Assembly: GCA_036732025.1 (NCBI GenBank)
Contig: DAINDE010000009.1
Span: 10,941 to 74,940, forward strand
Origin: Rhodocyclaceae bacterium
GTDB taxonomy: Bacteria; Pseudomonadota; Gammaproteobacteria; Burkholderiales; Rhodocyclaceae
Length of the DNA stretch: 64,000 nt
Reading direction: 5' to 3'
Part shown: positions 56,397 to 64,000 of the stretch, piece after piece
Layout of the letters: the number at the start of each line of letters is the position of its first letter
Position numbering within the stretch: the stretch's first letter is position 1
Position numbers and translations under genes: made by a program
The notes under the pieces: model-generated
What the model was told of the DNA's origin: nothing
The model's input: only the letters and a program-made list of their open reading frames with translations
Databases searched by the model: none

Positions 56397-57794
56397 TCAA
56401 CCGCGCCGCGACAGGCCGTGCTTTTCGATGCGGTAGCGCAGGGTGTCGCGGGAGACGCCGAGGAACCTGGCCGCCTGGGTGACATTGCCGGCGGCCCGGT
56501 CCAGGGCCTGGACCAGCAGTTCCCGTTCGACCCGTTCGAGGGAGAGGCTGCCGGCCTCCCCGGGGGATGCCGGCCTTTCGGCGTCCGGACGGGGGTTGCC
56601 CAGTACCGCGCAGAAGGGCAGTTGCGCCGCCTCGATGTCGGGGGCGGTGGCGAGGAGGACGGTCTGTTCGATGACGTTGCGCAATTCGCGCACGTTGCCG
56701 GGCCAGCCGTAGGCCAGCATGGCCTGCTCGGCGTCTTCGCCCAGCCGCAGCCCGGGCTTGTTGTAGCGTCGGCGCTGGGTTTCGAGAAAGTGGCGGGCGA
56801 GGAGCAGGATGTCCGGCCCCCGTTCCCGCAGCGGGGGCAGGGCGAGCTGCACGATGCGCAGCCGGAAGAACAGGTCGGAGCGGAATCGGCCCTCGCTCAC
56901 CAGCTTTTCCAGGGGCTGGTTGGTGGCGGCGACGATGCGCGCGTTGACCGGCTGGTCGCGCACACTGCCCAGGCGGCGCACGGTGCGCTCTTCGAGCAGC
57001 TTGAGGATTTTCACCTGCAAGGACATTTCCATGTCGCCGATTTCGTCGAGAAAGAGGGTGCCGCCGTCGGCGGCTTCCGCCAGCCCCAGCTTGCGCTCCT
57101 TGGCGTCGGTGAAGGCGCCGCGCTCGTGGCCGAAAAGTTCGGCTTCGAGGAGCTGGGCGGGAATGGCGCCGCAGTTGAGGGCGATGAAGGGGCCGTTGCG
57201 GCGGGGGCCGCCATGATGGATGGCGCGGGCGAGGACCTCCTTGCCGGTGCCGGTCTCGCCGGTGATGAGGACGGCCGGCGGCCGGTCGTCGCCAAGGGCG
57301 GCCTCGGCGTCGAGGAGGCGCTGCACCATGGCCTTGAGCTGCCGCATCGGCGCCGAATCGCCGAGGAGGCGTCCCAGCCCGTCCTCGAGTCCGTCGCGTT
57401 GGCGGTAGTAGGAAAGGGTCTTTTCGGCCCGTTCGGCACCCAGCACCTTTTCGATGACCAGCCTGAGCTTGCCCAGCACCACCGGTTTGGTCAGAAAATC
57501 GGCGGCGCCCAGTTTCATGGCGGTCACAGCCATTTCCACGCTGGCCTGGCCGGTAAGCATGATGACGGGAATGCCGGGGGCCTCCTCCTGCAGCCAGGCG
57601 AGGAATTCCAGGCCATTCTGGCCGGGGAGCTGGTAGTCGAGCAGCACGACGTCGGGGTGGAAGTCGCGGATTCGCTCCCGGGCCGCCTCGGCGTCTCCTT
57701 CGGCGCGGACGTCGTAGCCGGCCCGTTCCAGGTAGAGGCGCATGTTCTTGGCCAGAATGGCTTCGTCTTCGACGATGAGGACGCCGTGGGCCAT
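56397..57794 (-). CDS. sigma-54-dependent response regulator (NtrC family: REC-AAA+-Fis HTH)
   Basis: 465 aa from ATG 57794. REC is VLIVEDEAILA...DVVLLDYQLPGQNG. The AAA+ domain has GETGTGKE, ELFGHERGAFTDA (a GAFTGA-loop variant) and TLFLDEIGDM. The C-terminal HTH is NVTQAARFLGVSRDTLRYRI. Confidence 0.92.
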   Translation of the reverse strand: MAHGVLIVEDEAILAKNMRLYLERAGYDVRAEGDAEAARERIRDFHPDVVLLDYQLPGQNGLEFLAWLQEEAPGIPVIMLTGQASVEMAVTAMKLGAADFLTKPVVLGKLRLVIEKVLGAERAEKTLSYYRQRDGLEDGLGRLLGDSAPMRQLKAMVQRLLDAEAALGDDRPPAVLITGETGTGKEVLARAIHHGGPRRNGPFIALNCGAIPAQLLEAELFGHERGAFTDAKERKLGLAEAADGGTLFLDEIGDMEMSLQVKILKLLEERTVRRLGSVRDQPVNARIVAATNQPLEKLVSEGRFRSDLFFRLRIVQLALPPLRERGPDILLLARHFLETQRRRYNKPGLRLGEDAEQAMLAYGWPGNVRELRNVIEQTVLLATAPDIEAAQLPFCAVLGNPRPDAERPASPGEAGSLSLERVERELLVQALDRAAGNVTQAARFLGVSRDTLRYRIEKHGLSRRG

Positions 57795-57799
57795 GGGGT

Positions 57800-59167
57800 T
57801 CAGTTCCAGGTGGGCAGTGCGAGGCGGATGGTGGTGCCGGCCCGGGGCTGGCTGTCGAGTTCGACGGAACCGCCGAGTCTTTCGACCACCCGCCTGACCA
57901 GGGGCAGGCCCAGGCCAATGCCGCGCGGCTTGTTGGTGAAGAAGGGCTTGAAGATGCGCCCCATGTCCGCCGCGCTGATGCCGGGGCCGTCGTCGCCGAC
58001 TTCGGCGACGACGCTGCCGCCCGCGCCGCGGCCGCTGGCCAGCGTCAGCCGGCCGCCCTCGGGCATGGCCTCGATGGCGTTGGTGACGAGATTGCCGATC
58101 AGCTGCCGCAGCATCATGGCATCGGCGCGCACCGGCGGCAGGTCGTCGGCCAGATTCCAGGCGACGTCGATGCGATGCCGTTCCAGGTCCCGCCGATAAT
58201 CGGAGGCGGTGTCCTTGAGGACGGTGTTGATATCCACCGGCCCCAGGGTGGCATGGGCGGGTTTGGCGTAGGTGAGCAACTGCCGGACCCAGCCCTCCAG
58301 CCGGTCCACCTGGCCGATGATGTCGCTGGCGTATTCCCGGGCTTCCGCCGGCAAGTCGCTGTCGAGGGCCAGTTCGGCCGACGAGCGGATGGCGGCGAGG
58401 GGGTTGCGCAGCCCGTGGGCGACGGCGGAGCCCATTTCGCCGACCATGGCCAGGGATTCCGACTCCAGGATGCGGTCGCCCTGGCTGTCGATGATGCGGT
58501 GGGCCCGCCGCACGATCCAGAACAGGGTGGTGAAGAGAAAGATGCCGGCCAGGGCGGCGGCGATCCATATGAGGCGGATGCCCGACTCGATGGCCTCGAA
58601 CAGTTCCTCGGGCACCACGTACAGTTCGACCACCCCCACCACCCGCCGGTCATGGACGTCGAAGATGGGGATGTAGCTTTCCACGAAGCGCCGGCTGGCC
58701 GATCCCAGGTGCTGGTGCTCCGACTTGGGCAGGTGCGCCGGGTCGATGATGCCGCTGTGCACCACCAGGTCGGCCCGCAGCGCCTCCTCCAGTTCGTCGT
58801 TGCGATCGAAGCGCTGGCCGATGAGGGCCGGGTCGCTGGACCAGACCACCTTGCGCTCGGCGGAATAGACGTTGGTGCGCAGGACCCCGGGCATGCGGGT
58901 GATGTGGTCGAGAAAGTTCTGCAGTTGTTCGGTGGCGGGGGCGGAGCTGCCGTCGAAATAGGCGTAGGCGTTCTCGGTGGCGACGATGCTGCGCACGAAG
59001 CCGGCCGTCACTTCGGCCTCCTGGCGGATCATGCGTTCGGCCAGGAAATGGGAGAAGAACCAGGCGGCCGTGGCGCTGACCAGTGCGATGGAGGCGAAGG
59101 CGGCCAGCGAAAACCAGCGCATGAGGTTGAAGGGCCGAGGCTGTCGTGCCGAACTGGATATGTGCAT
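57800..59167 (-). CDS. sensor histidine kinase (two TM, periplasmic sensor), partner of the NtrC-family regulator
   Basis: HisKA is MGSAVAHGLRNPLAAI. HATPase motifs are NLVTNAIEA, DDGPGI and GIGLGLPLV. The gene ends 5 nt before the RR start. ATG 59167 (MHISSS..., G-rich RBS) is preferred over 59224; the start is uncertain. Confidence 0.88.
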   Translation of the reverse strand: MHISSSARQPRPFNLMRWFSLAAFASIALVSATAAWFFSHFLAERMIRQEAEVTAGFVRSIVATENAYAYFDGSSAPATEQLQNFLDHITRMPGVLRTNVYSAERKVVWSSDPALIGQRFDRNDELEEALRADLVVHSGIIDPAHLPKSEHQHLGSASRRFVESYIPIFDVHDRRVVGVVELYVVPEELFEAIESGIRLIWIAAALAGIFLFTTLFWIVRRAHRIIDSQGDRILESESLAMVGEMGSAVAHGLRNPLAAIRSSAELALDSDLPAEAREYASDIIGQVDRLEGWVRQLLTYAKPAHATLGPVDINTVLKDTASDYRRDLERHRIDVAWNLADDLPPVRADAMMLRQLIGNLVTNAIEAMPEGGRLTLASGRGAGGSVVAEVGDDGPGISAADMGRIFKPFFTNKPRGIGLGLPLVRRVVERLGGSVELDSQPRAGTTIRLALPTWN

Positions 59168-59296
59168 GGTTTGCCCCCCTCGCCGAGTTCCTCGGAGTGA
59201 TCTTGCCCTGGTTTGCAACCGCATTCTGCCATGACGGACAGGAATGGCACTTGCTAGAGGTATACGTCCATAACCTCGGAGTTATTCCCGCCCGCC

Positions 59297-60049
59297 ATGA
59301 GCCGCCGCCTTCCTCTGCGCCACCTGATGGCGACGCTATCCGCCATCGTCGCCGGGCCCGCCGCTGCCCAGACCTCGGTCAGCCTCAACCTCGATTATGC
59401 CGAGGGCCGTTATGGCGAGCCGGGCAAATCCACCGCCTGGACCCTGCCGCTGATCGTCAAGCACCGCCAGGGCGACTTCGTCTTCAAGGCCTCCCTGCCT
59501 TACGTGCGGACGACGGGAACGGCGGTGGCGGGCGGGGATCGCTTCGCCGCCACCCGCCAGGTCCAGGAAGGATTCGGCGACCTTGCCGCCAGCGTCGCCT
59601 ATGGCCTGATAGGGGAGGACGCCGCCGACGTGGCGGTCGACGTCGGCGTCAAGGCCAAGTTCGCCACCGCTGACCGCCGGCTCGATCTCATCACCACCGG
59701 CCGCAACGACTATTCCCTGTTTGTGGACGTCCTGCGCCGTTTCGGCGGCACCTCGGCGTTCGGCACCCTCGGCAGGACGCGCAAGGGCGACCCCGCCGGC
59801 GTCGACTACCGCGATCCCTGGTTCGCCACGGCCGGACTCAGCCATGGCGTCGGCGGCGGACTCTCGGTGGGGGCGCTCTACGACGCCCGCGAGAAGGTGA
59901 CGGCCGATGGCGACCCGGTGCGCGAAGCCAGCGTCTTTCTCGAGTGGAACCGGGTCGGGTCGGGCAAGGTGCTGTTCTACCTGGTTCGCGGCTTTTCCCG
60001 GGCGAGTCCCGATGTCGGGGCCGGTGCGACCTTCACCGTGCGCTTCTGA
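59297..60049 (+). CDS. putative outer-membrane beta-barrel protein (MetA-pathway/transporter-like family)
   Basis: 250 aa. Signal peptide ending AAAQT, alternating beta-strand pattern, a GFGDL motif and a C-terminal Phe (TFTVRF). The family assignment is from memory. Confidence 0.6.
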   Translation: MSRRLPLRHLMATLSAIVAGPAAAQTSVSLNLDYAEGRYGEPGKSTAWTLPLIVKHRQGDFVFKASLPYVRTTGTAVAGGDRFAATRQVQEGFGDLAASVAYGLIGEDAADVAVDVGVKAKFATADRRLDLITTGRNDYSLFVDVLRRFGGTSAFGTLGRTRKGDPAGVDYRDPWFATAGLSHGVGGGLSVGALYDAREKVTADGDPVREASVFLEWNRVGSGKVLFYLVRGFSRASPDVGAGATFTVRF

Positions 60050-60231
60050 AAGTCGGCGGGTACGGTAGTTGCTCTCTTGATTCCGGGAATGGGCGGCGTT
60101 GCCAGTGGCCATGGGTTTCCGGCGCTGGTGGCGGATGAATGTGCGCCCGACGTTTCCCGGAATCGGGAAGGCAAGCCGGCCGGCCGGCGGCCGGCGGGAG
60201 AGCGGTGGTTCGTCTGACGAGGTGCGGGGTC

Positions 60232-62631
60232 ATGAAAATCTGGGTTCGACTGGTGCTGTCGATTCTCCTGTCGGTGATCGTTTCGGGAGCCGGCCTGATC
60301 TACTGGGCCACCCTCGAACAGCGCCGGATCGCCGTCGACCAGGCCCGGGAGTTCGCCAACAGCGTGCACCAGATGACCCTGGCCGGACTCACCGGCATGA
60401 TGATCACCGGCACTGTACCCTTGCGACCCCTGTTCCTTGACCAGATCAAGGAAATGAACCAGATCGAGTCCCTCAAGGTCATCCGCGGCGACGCGGTGGT
60501 TGGGCAGTTCGGCCCGGGGCTGGAAAGGGAGACCGAAGCCGACCCGGTGGAGCGCACCGTCCTCGATGCCGGGGGGGCCGTCTATCAACTCATTCCCGGC
60601 CGCGACGGCCACGACCGGCTGCGGGCGGTCCTGCCCGCCGTCGCCCAGGAGAATTACCTGGGCAAGAACTGCCTGAACTGCCACGAAGTGGCGCCGGGGA
60701 CGGTTCTCGGCGCCGTCAGCATGGAAATATCCCTGGCCCAGGCCGGCGAGGCGACCCGCCAGTTCAGCCGCAACGCCACCCTGGCGGCGGCCGTCCTGTG
60801 CCTGCCGCTGGGGTTGTTCGTCTGGTTCTTCATCTCCCGCATCGTTTCGCGGCCGCTGGCCCGGATGACCGAAGGCCTGGACCGCATCGCCGCCGGCGAC
60901 ATCGACGAGGCCATGCCGCTGCCGGTGGGGCGGAGCGACGAGGTCGGCGCCGCCACCGCCGCCTTCAACCGGGTGCTGGCCGGGGCGCGGGACCTGATCC
61001 AGCAACAACGGCTGTCGCAACTGGTGTTCGAGAATTCCCTCGAAGGCATTACCGTCACCGACGCCGACGCCCGCATCCAGATGGTCAACAAGGCCTTCAC
61101 CGACACCACCGGCTACTCGGCGGCGGAGGCGATCGGGCAAACCCCTGCCCTCCTCAAGTCGGGCCGGCAGGGGGACGACTTCTACGCCGAATTCTGGGCG
61201 ATCCTGCGGGAAAAGGGCGAATGGCGGGGCGAGATCTGGAACCGGCGCAAGAACGGTTCCGTCTATGCCGAGTGGCTCAATGTCAGCGCCGTGCGCAACC
61301 GGCGCGGCGAGGTGGAGCACTACGTGGCGATTTTCTCCGACATCACCGAGCGCAAGGAGCGGGAGGAGCTGATCACCCACCAGGCTTTCCACGACGCCCT
61401 GACCGGATTGCCCAATCGCCTGCTCTTCCGCGATCGCCTCGACCAGGCCCTGAGCCAGGCGCGGCGCAATCGGGAGCGGGCGCCGGCCATCATGTTCCTG
61501 GACCTCGACCGTTTCAAGCAGATCAACGATACCCTCGGGCACGACGCCGGCGACCTGCTGCTGAAGGAAGTGGCCAACCGCCTGCGGCGCTGCGTGCGGG
61601 CGGCGGACACCGTGGCCCGGCTGGCGGGCGACGAATTCACCATCCTGCTTCCCGAAAGCCGCGGCGAGGACGACGCCCGGGCGGTGGCGGAAAAGGTTCT
61701 GGCGGCCATGGGCGAACCGGTGAATCTTGGCAGCGAGTCCCGGGTCGTCACCACCAGCATCGGCATCAGCATGTTCCCCCGGGACGGGAGGGACGCCGAA
61801 ACCCTCATCAAGCACGCCGATACCGCCATGTATCACGTCAAGGCCGGCGGGCGGGCGGGGATGTGCTTCTTCGTCGAATCCCTGCTGGGCCAGCCCACCC
61901 GCCGGGTGGAGATGGAGGAGCGCCTGCAGCGGGCCCTGGCCGCCCGGGAGTTCGAACTCGAATTCCAGCCCATCATCGACCTGCACAGCGGAACCGTCCA
62001 TGGCCGCGAGGCCCTGCTGCGCTGGCGGCAGGAAGACGGCACCCGGGTCGTCGCCGAGGATTTCATCGGCCTGGCCGAGGAACTGGGCCTGATGACCCGC
62101 ATCGGCGAATGGGTGCTCCAGTCGGCCTGCGTCCAGGCCCGGGCCTGGCAGGCCGGCGGCGCCCCGGTGACGGTGGCGGTCAATCTCTCGGCCAGCGAGT
62201 TCCGCCGGCCGGGCATCGTCGAAACCATCCGCGACATCCTGCGGGAAACGGGGCTCAGTCCCGGCCTGCTGGAAATCGAGATTTCCGAAATGCTGGCGAT
62301 GCAGGACGCCGAATACACCCAGCGCGTTCTCTCGGAACTGGCGGAACTGGGGATCGGGGCCGCCATCGACGACTTCGGCACCGGCTACTCCAACCTCTCG
62401 GTTCTGCGCCACCTGCCCATCCATACCATCAAGATCGACCGCAGCCTGATCCGCGACGAAGCCCGTTCCCTGGAAGAGCCCTCCCTGCTGGCGGCAATCT
62501 TCGGCCTGGCCGGGGCGCTGGGCCTCAAGACCGTGGCCGAAGGCGTGGAAACCCACAGCGAACTGGACCGGGTCCGGCAACTGGCCGCCCACCGGGTCCA
62601 GGGCCGGCTGCTGGCGGCTCCCGCTCCTTGA
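60232..62631 (+). CDS. c-type-heme sensor (DUF3365-like) - HAMP - PAS - GGDEF - EAL protein
   Basis: 799 aa from ATG 60232. The periplasmic domain has the heme-binding motif GKNCLNCHE, followed by TM/HAMP and PAS. The GGDEF site is variant AGDEF (RLAGDEFTI). The EAL domain looks intact: [32 protein letters not shown]. Confidence 0.88.
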   Translation: MKIWVRLVLSILLSVIVSGAGLIYWATLEQRRIAVDQAREFANSVHQMTLAGLTGMMITGTVPLRPLFLDQIKEMNQIESLKVIRGDAVVGQFGPGLERETEADPVERTVLDAGGAVYQLIPGRDGHDRLRAVLPAVAQENYLGKNCLNCHEVAPGTVLGAVSMEISLAQAGEATRQFSRNATLAAAVLCLPLGLFVWFFISRIVSRPLARMTEGLDRIAAGDIDEAMPLPVGRSDEVGAATAAFNRVLAGARDLIQQQRLSQLVFENSLEGITVTDADARIQMVNKAFTDTTGYSAAEAIGQTPALLKSGRQGDDFYAEFWAILREKGEWRGEIWNRRKNGSVYAEWLNVSAVRNRRGEVEHYVAIFSDITERKEREELITHQAFHDALTGLPNRLLFRDRLDQALSQARRNRERAPAIMFLDLDRFKQINDTLGHDAGDLLLKEVANRLRRCVRAADTVARLAGDEFTILLPESRGEDDARAVAEKVLAAMGEPVNLGSESRVVTTSIGISMFPRDGRDAETLIKHADTAMYHVKAGGRAGMCFFVESLLGQPTRRVEMEERLQRALAAREFELEFQPIIDLHSGTVHGREALLRWRQEDGTRVVAEDFIGLAEELGLMTRIGEWVLQSACVQARAWQAGGAPVTVAVNLSASEFRRPGIVETIRDILRETGLSPGLLEIEISEMLAMQDAEYTQRVLSELAELGIGAAIDDFGTGYSNLSVLRHLPIHTIKIDRSLIRDEARSLEEPSLLAAIFGLAGALGLKTVAEGVETHSELDRVRQLAAHRVQGRLLAAPAP

Positions 62632-62634
62632 GCT

Positions 62635-63258
62635 TCAGGGTCTGTTCCCCGTCTGGGGGACGCTGTGGCAGCGGTTGCAGGAGAAGAAGGTGATGAAGGC
62701 CACCCGGTCGTGGCACATGCCGCAGTATTTGCCGCGGAAGATGTCGGCCATGCGGATGGAGGTGCTGCCCGCCCGGGCCGGGAAGGGGTCCGGATGGCAG
62801 TTGGCGCAGGCCAGCCAGAGCGTGTGCGACCGGTGGGGAAAGCGCACGTGGGGCATTTCCCGGGTGTTCTTCATGATGATATCGAGATCGAGAACCTCCA
62901 TGTCCCCCTTGCCGGCCAGGTCGCTGCGGGGCGCGATGAGCCCCTCCCGCAGGGCGCGCATCCAGTCCGGGAAGCCGTTGGCGTCGTAGGGCAGGTGGCG
63001 GGTCGCCTCCTCGATGCGCTGCAGGCGGGCTACATCGGGATTGGCCGGATCCAGGTAGCTGCTGCTGTCGATCGCCCGCCGCGCTTCATGGGCGGCCGCC
63101 GGCGCCGCGGCGGGGGGAGGCGCCTCGGGGGCCGCCACCGCAGATTTCGGCGTCGCCCGCAGGAAGGCCCGGGCCTCGTCAGCGTGCGGAAGCAGGAGGG
63201 CTGCCATCACTGTCAGCGCCACGGCGGCCTGGCACGGCCGCAGAAACCGGCGGCTCAC
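62635..63258 (-). CDS. triheme c(7)/c3-type cytochrome domain protein, exported
   Basis: Three CxxCH motifs (CANCH, CGMCH, CNRCH) lie in the last 60 residues, within the pattern FPHRSHTLWLAC...GKYCGMCHDRVAF...CNRCH. The track ORF extends to 63420. The GTG at 63258 gives a signal-like N-terminus (VSRRFLRPCQAAVALTVMAALLL). The start is uncertain. Confidence 0.75.
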   Translation of the reverse strand: MSRRFLRPCQAAVALTVMAALLLPHADEARAFLRATPKSAVAAPEAPPPAAAPAAAHEARRAIDSSSYLDPANPDVARLQRIEEATRHLPYDANGFPDWMRALREGLIAPRSDLAGKGDMEVLDLDIIMKNTREMPHVRFPHRSHTLWLACANCHPDPFPARAGSTSIRMADIFRGKYCGMCHDRVAFITFFSCNRCHSVPQTGNRP

Positions 63259-63647
63259 CGGGCCCCCGGCCGGAACGCGGGGTGCGGCCGCCCGTCTACC
63301 TGACGGAGAAGCCGTCCGGCGCCCCGCGTGGCGGCGAGAAGATGGATTTCCCGAATGTGGGAACGGATTCCTGCCGACGGGAAAGAGTCGGCTGGGGGCC
63401 ATCCGTCTCCTGCTGCGCACACTGCGGTCGGGTCAGGGGCGGGGGCCGGATCGGGGCGGGCGATAGCGAGGATTGCCATGGCGGACATGATGAGGACAGG
63501 GATTGGCCGTTCGACGACGGTAAGCCTTCCTTGCACGGCTTGTGCCACCCGATTGTGAAATTATTACTTAGGTAATAATATGGTTCCCCGGATACTCGTT
63601 CCTGTTGTCGGAAAGTACGAGCGATCCGGGGGGACAAGGAGGCGGGC

Positions 63648-64000
63648 ATGGTGGCATGGGCTAGCGGGAAGCGCGGCAGGTACATCGGGGTGGCGAGCCT
63701 CGTCGGCCTGCTGCTGGGGCTGACCATCGGCTACGAGGCGCTGGAGCTGCGCCAGGAAATGAAGCGCTCGGCGGCCCGCGGGGTCGCCTACGCCAGCGCC
63801 CTGCGGCTGAGCCAGCGGGTGCAGGAGGCGGTGGGGCCGGCCTACATGCTGGCCGCCCTGGTGCAGCGCGGCAACGGACAGGTGGACCAGTTCGAGGCCG
63901 TGGCGACGGATCTGCTGCAACAGTTCCCCATGGCTCGGGCCGTCGAGCTGGCCCCAGGGGGCGTCATCACCCAGGTCTATCCGCTACCCGGCAACGAGGG
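63648..64000 (+). CDS. membrane sensor protein, N-terminal fragment with CHASE-like periplasmic domain (continues beyond the window)
   Basis: AAGGAGG at 63636-63642 and ATG at 63648. MVAWASGKRGRYIGVASLVGLLLGLTIGY (TM), then ...FEAVATDLLQQFPMARAVELAPGGVITQVYPLPGNE, a pattern typical of extracytoplasmic sensor domains. The frame is open to the window end. Confidence 0.65.
   Translation, partial: MVAWASGKRGRYIGVASLVGLLLGLTIGYEALELRQEMKRSAARGVAYASALRLSQRVQEAVGPAYMLAALVQRGNGQVDQFEAVATDLLQQFPMARAVELAPGGVITQVYPLPGNE

Noticed and set aside
59245-59254. TGGCAC immediately followed by TTGC upstream of the outer-membrane barrel gene, which superficially resembles a sigma-54 promoter.
   Set aside because: The GG and GC dinucleotides are not separated by the required 10 nt. 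TTGC follows TGGCAC with no spacer, so it cannot be a functional -24/-12 element.
1-64000. Scan for CRISPR arrays, tRNA/rRNA genes, transposases, integrases, phage genes and toxin-antitoxin pairs.
   Set aside because: I recognised no regularly spaced direct repeats, cloverleaf-like segments, DDE or tyrosine-recombinase motifs, or small paired ORFs. Apart from the 166-nt palindrome, the window looks like core chromosome. This scan was by eye only, so short or degenerate elements could have been missed.

Overview
Visibly GC-rich proteobacterial chromosome segment. The ribosomal-protein, RecG and GltI sequences look betaproteobacterial, possibly Rhodocyclales-like, but this is inference only. 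Many long antisense or out-of-frame ORFs in the track are GC artefacts. Layout: (1) 1-3.3 kb is the tail of the ribosomal spc/alpha cluster, infA-rpmJ-rpsM-rpsK-rpsD-rpoA-rplQ, ending in a clean hairpin terminator. (2) 3.3-12.6 kb is a minus-strand block: Atm1-like ABC exporter, CHASE-PAS histidine kinase, REC-PAS-PP2C response regulator and the glutamate/aspartate transporter gltIJKL, all tightly abutted. (3) 12.6-21.2 kb is a housekeeping mix: hotdog thioesterase, FadL-family porin, DUF2802-like, SPOR, TPR, RidA, RecG, alpha/beta hydrolase, ProQ/FinO and an orphan. It includes a 166-nt near-perfect palindromic (MITE-like) element between ridA and recG. (4) 21.2-37.1 kb is the most interesting part, a 14-gene co-directional and largely translationally coupled array. 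It holds a Cys-less ArsR regulator with a perfect palindromic operator, Aas, a Tat-exported amidohydrolase and a 551-aa exported orphan. These are followed by an LplT flippase fused to a second acyltransferase, a DUF2339 protein flanked by three paralogous Cys-containing miniproteins, a diverged Lgt paralogue and a Tes/GDGT-MAS-like radical SAM enzyme. An MFS transporter, UbiA and a class II cytochrome c complete the array. I read this array as a candidate dedicated lipidation / lipid-remodelling cassette that I do not recognise as described; this is a hypothesis. (5) 37-64 kb is signalling-rich: four c-di-GMP turnover proteins, a PAS-MCP, a hybrid kinase and an HDOD kinase. It also has an NtrC-type two-component pair with a textbook sigma-54 promoter driving an 87-aa secreted charged protein. 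Interspersed are ubiD, a GNAT, sfsA, a Vgb-like propeller, dacB, a SIR2 deacylase, an outer-membrane barrel and a triheme cytochrome. I recognised no rRNA, tRNA, CRISPR array, transposase or integrase. All domain calls come from reading motifs in the translations and were not confirmed by searches.
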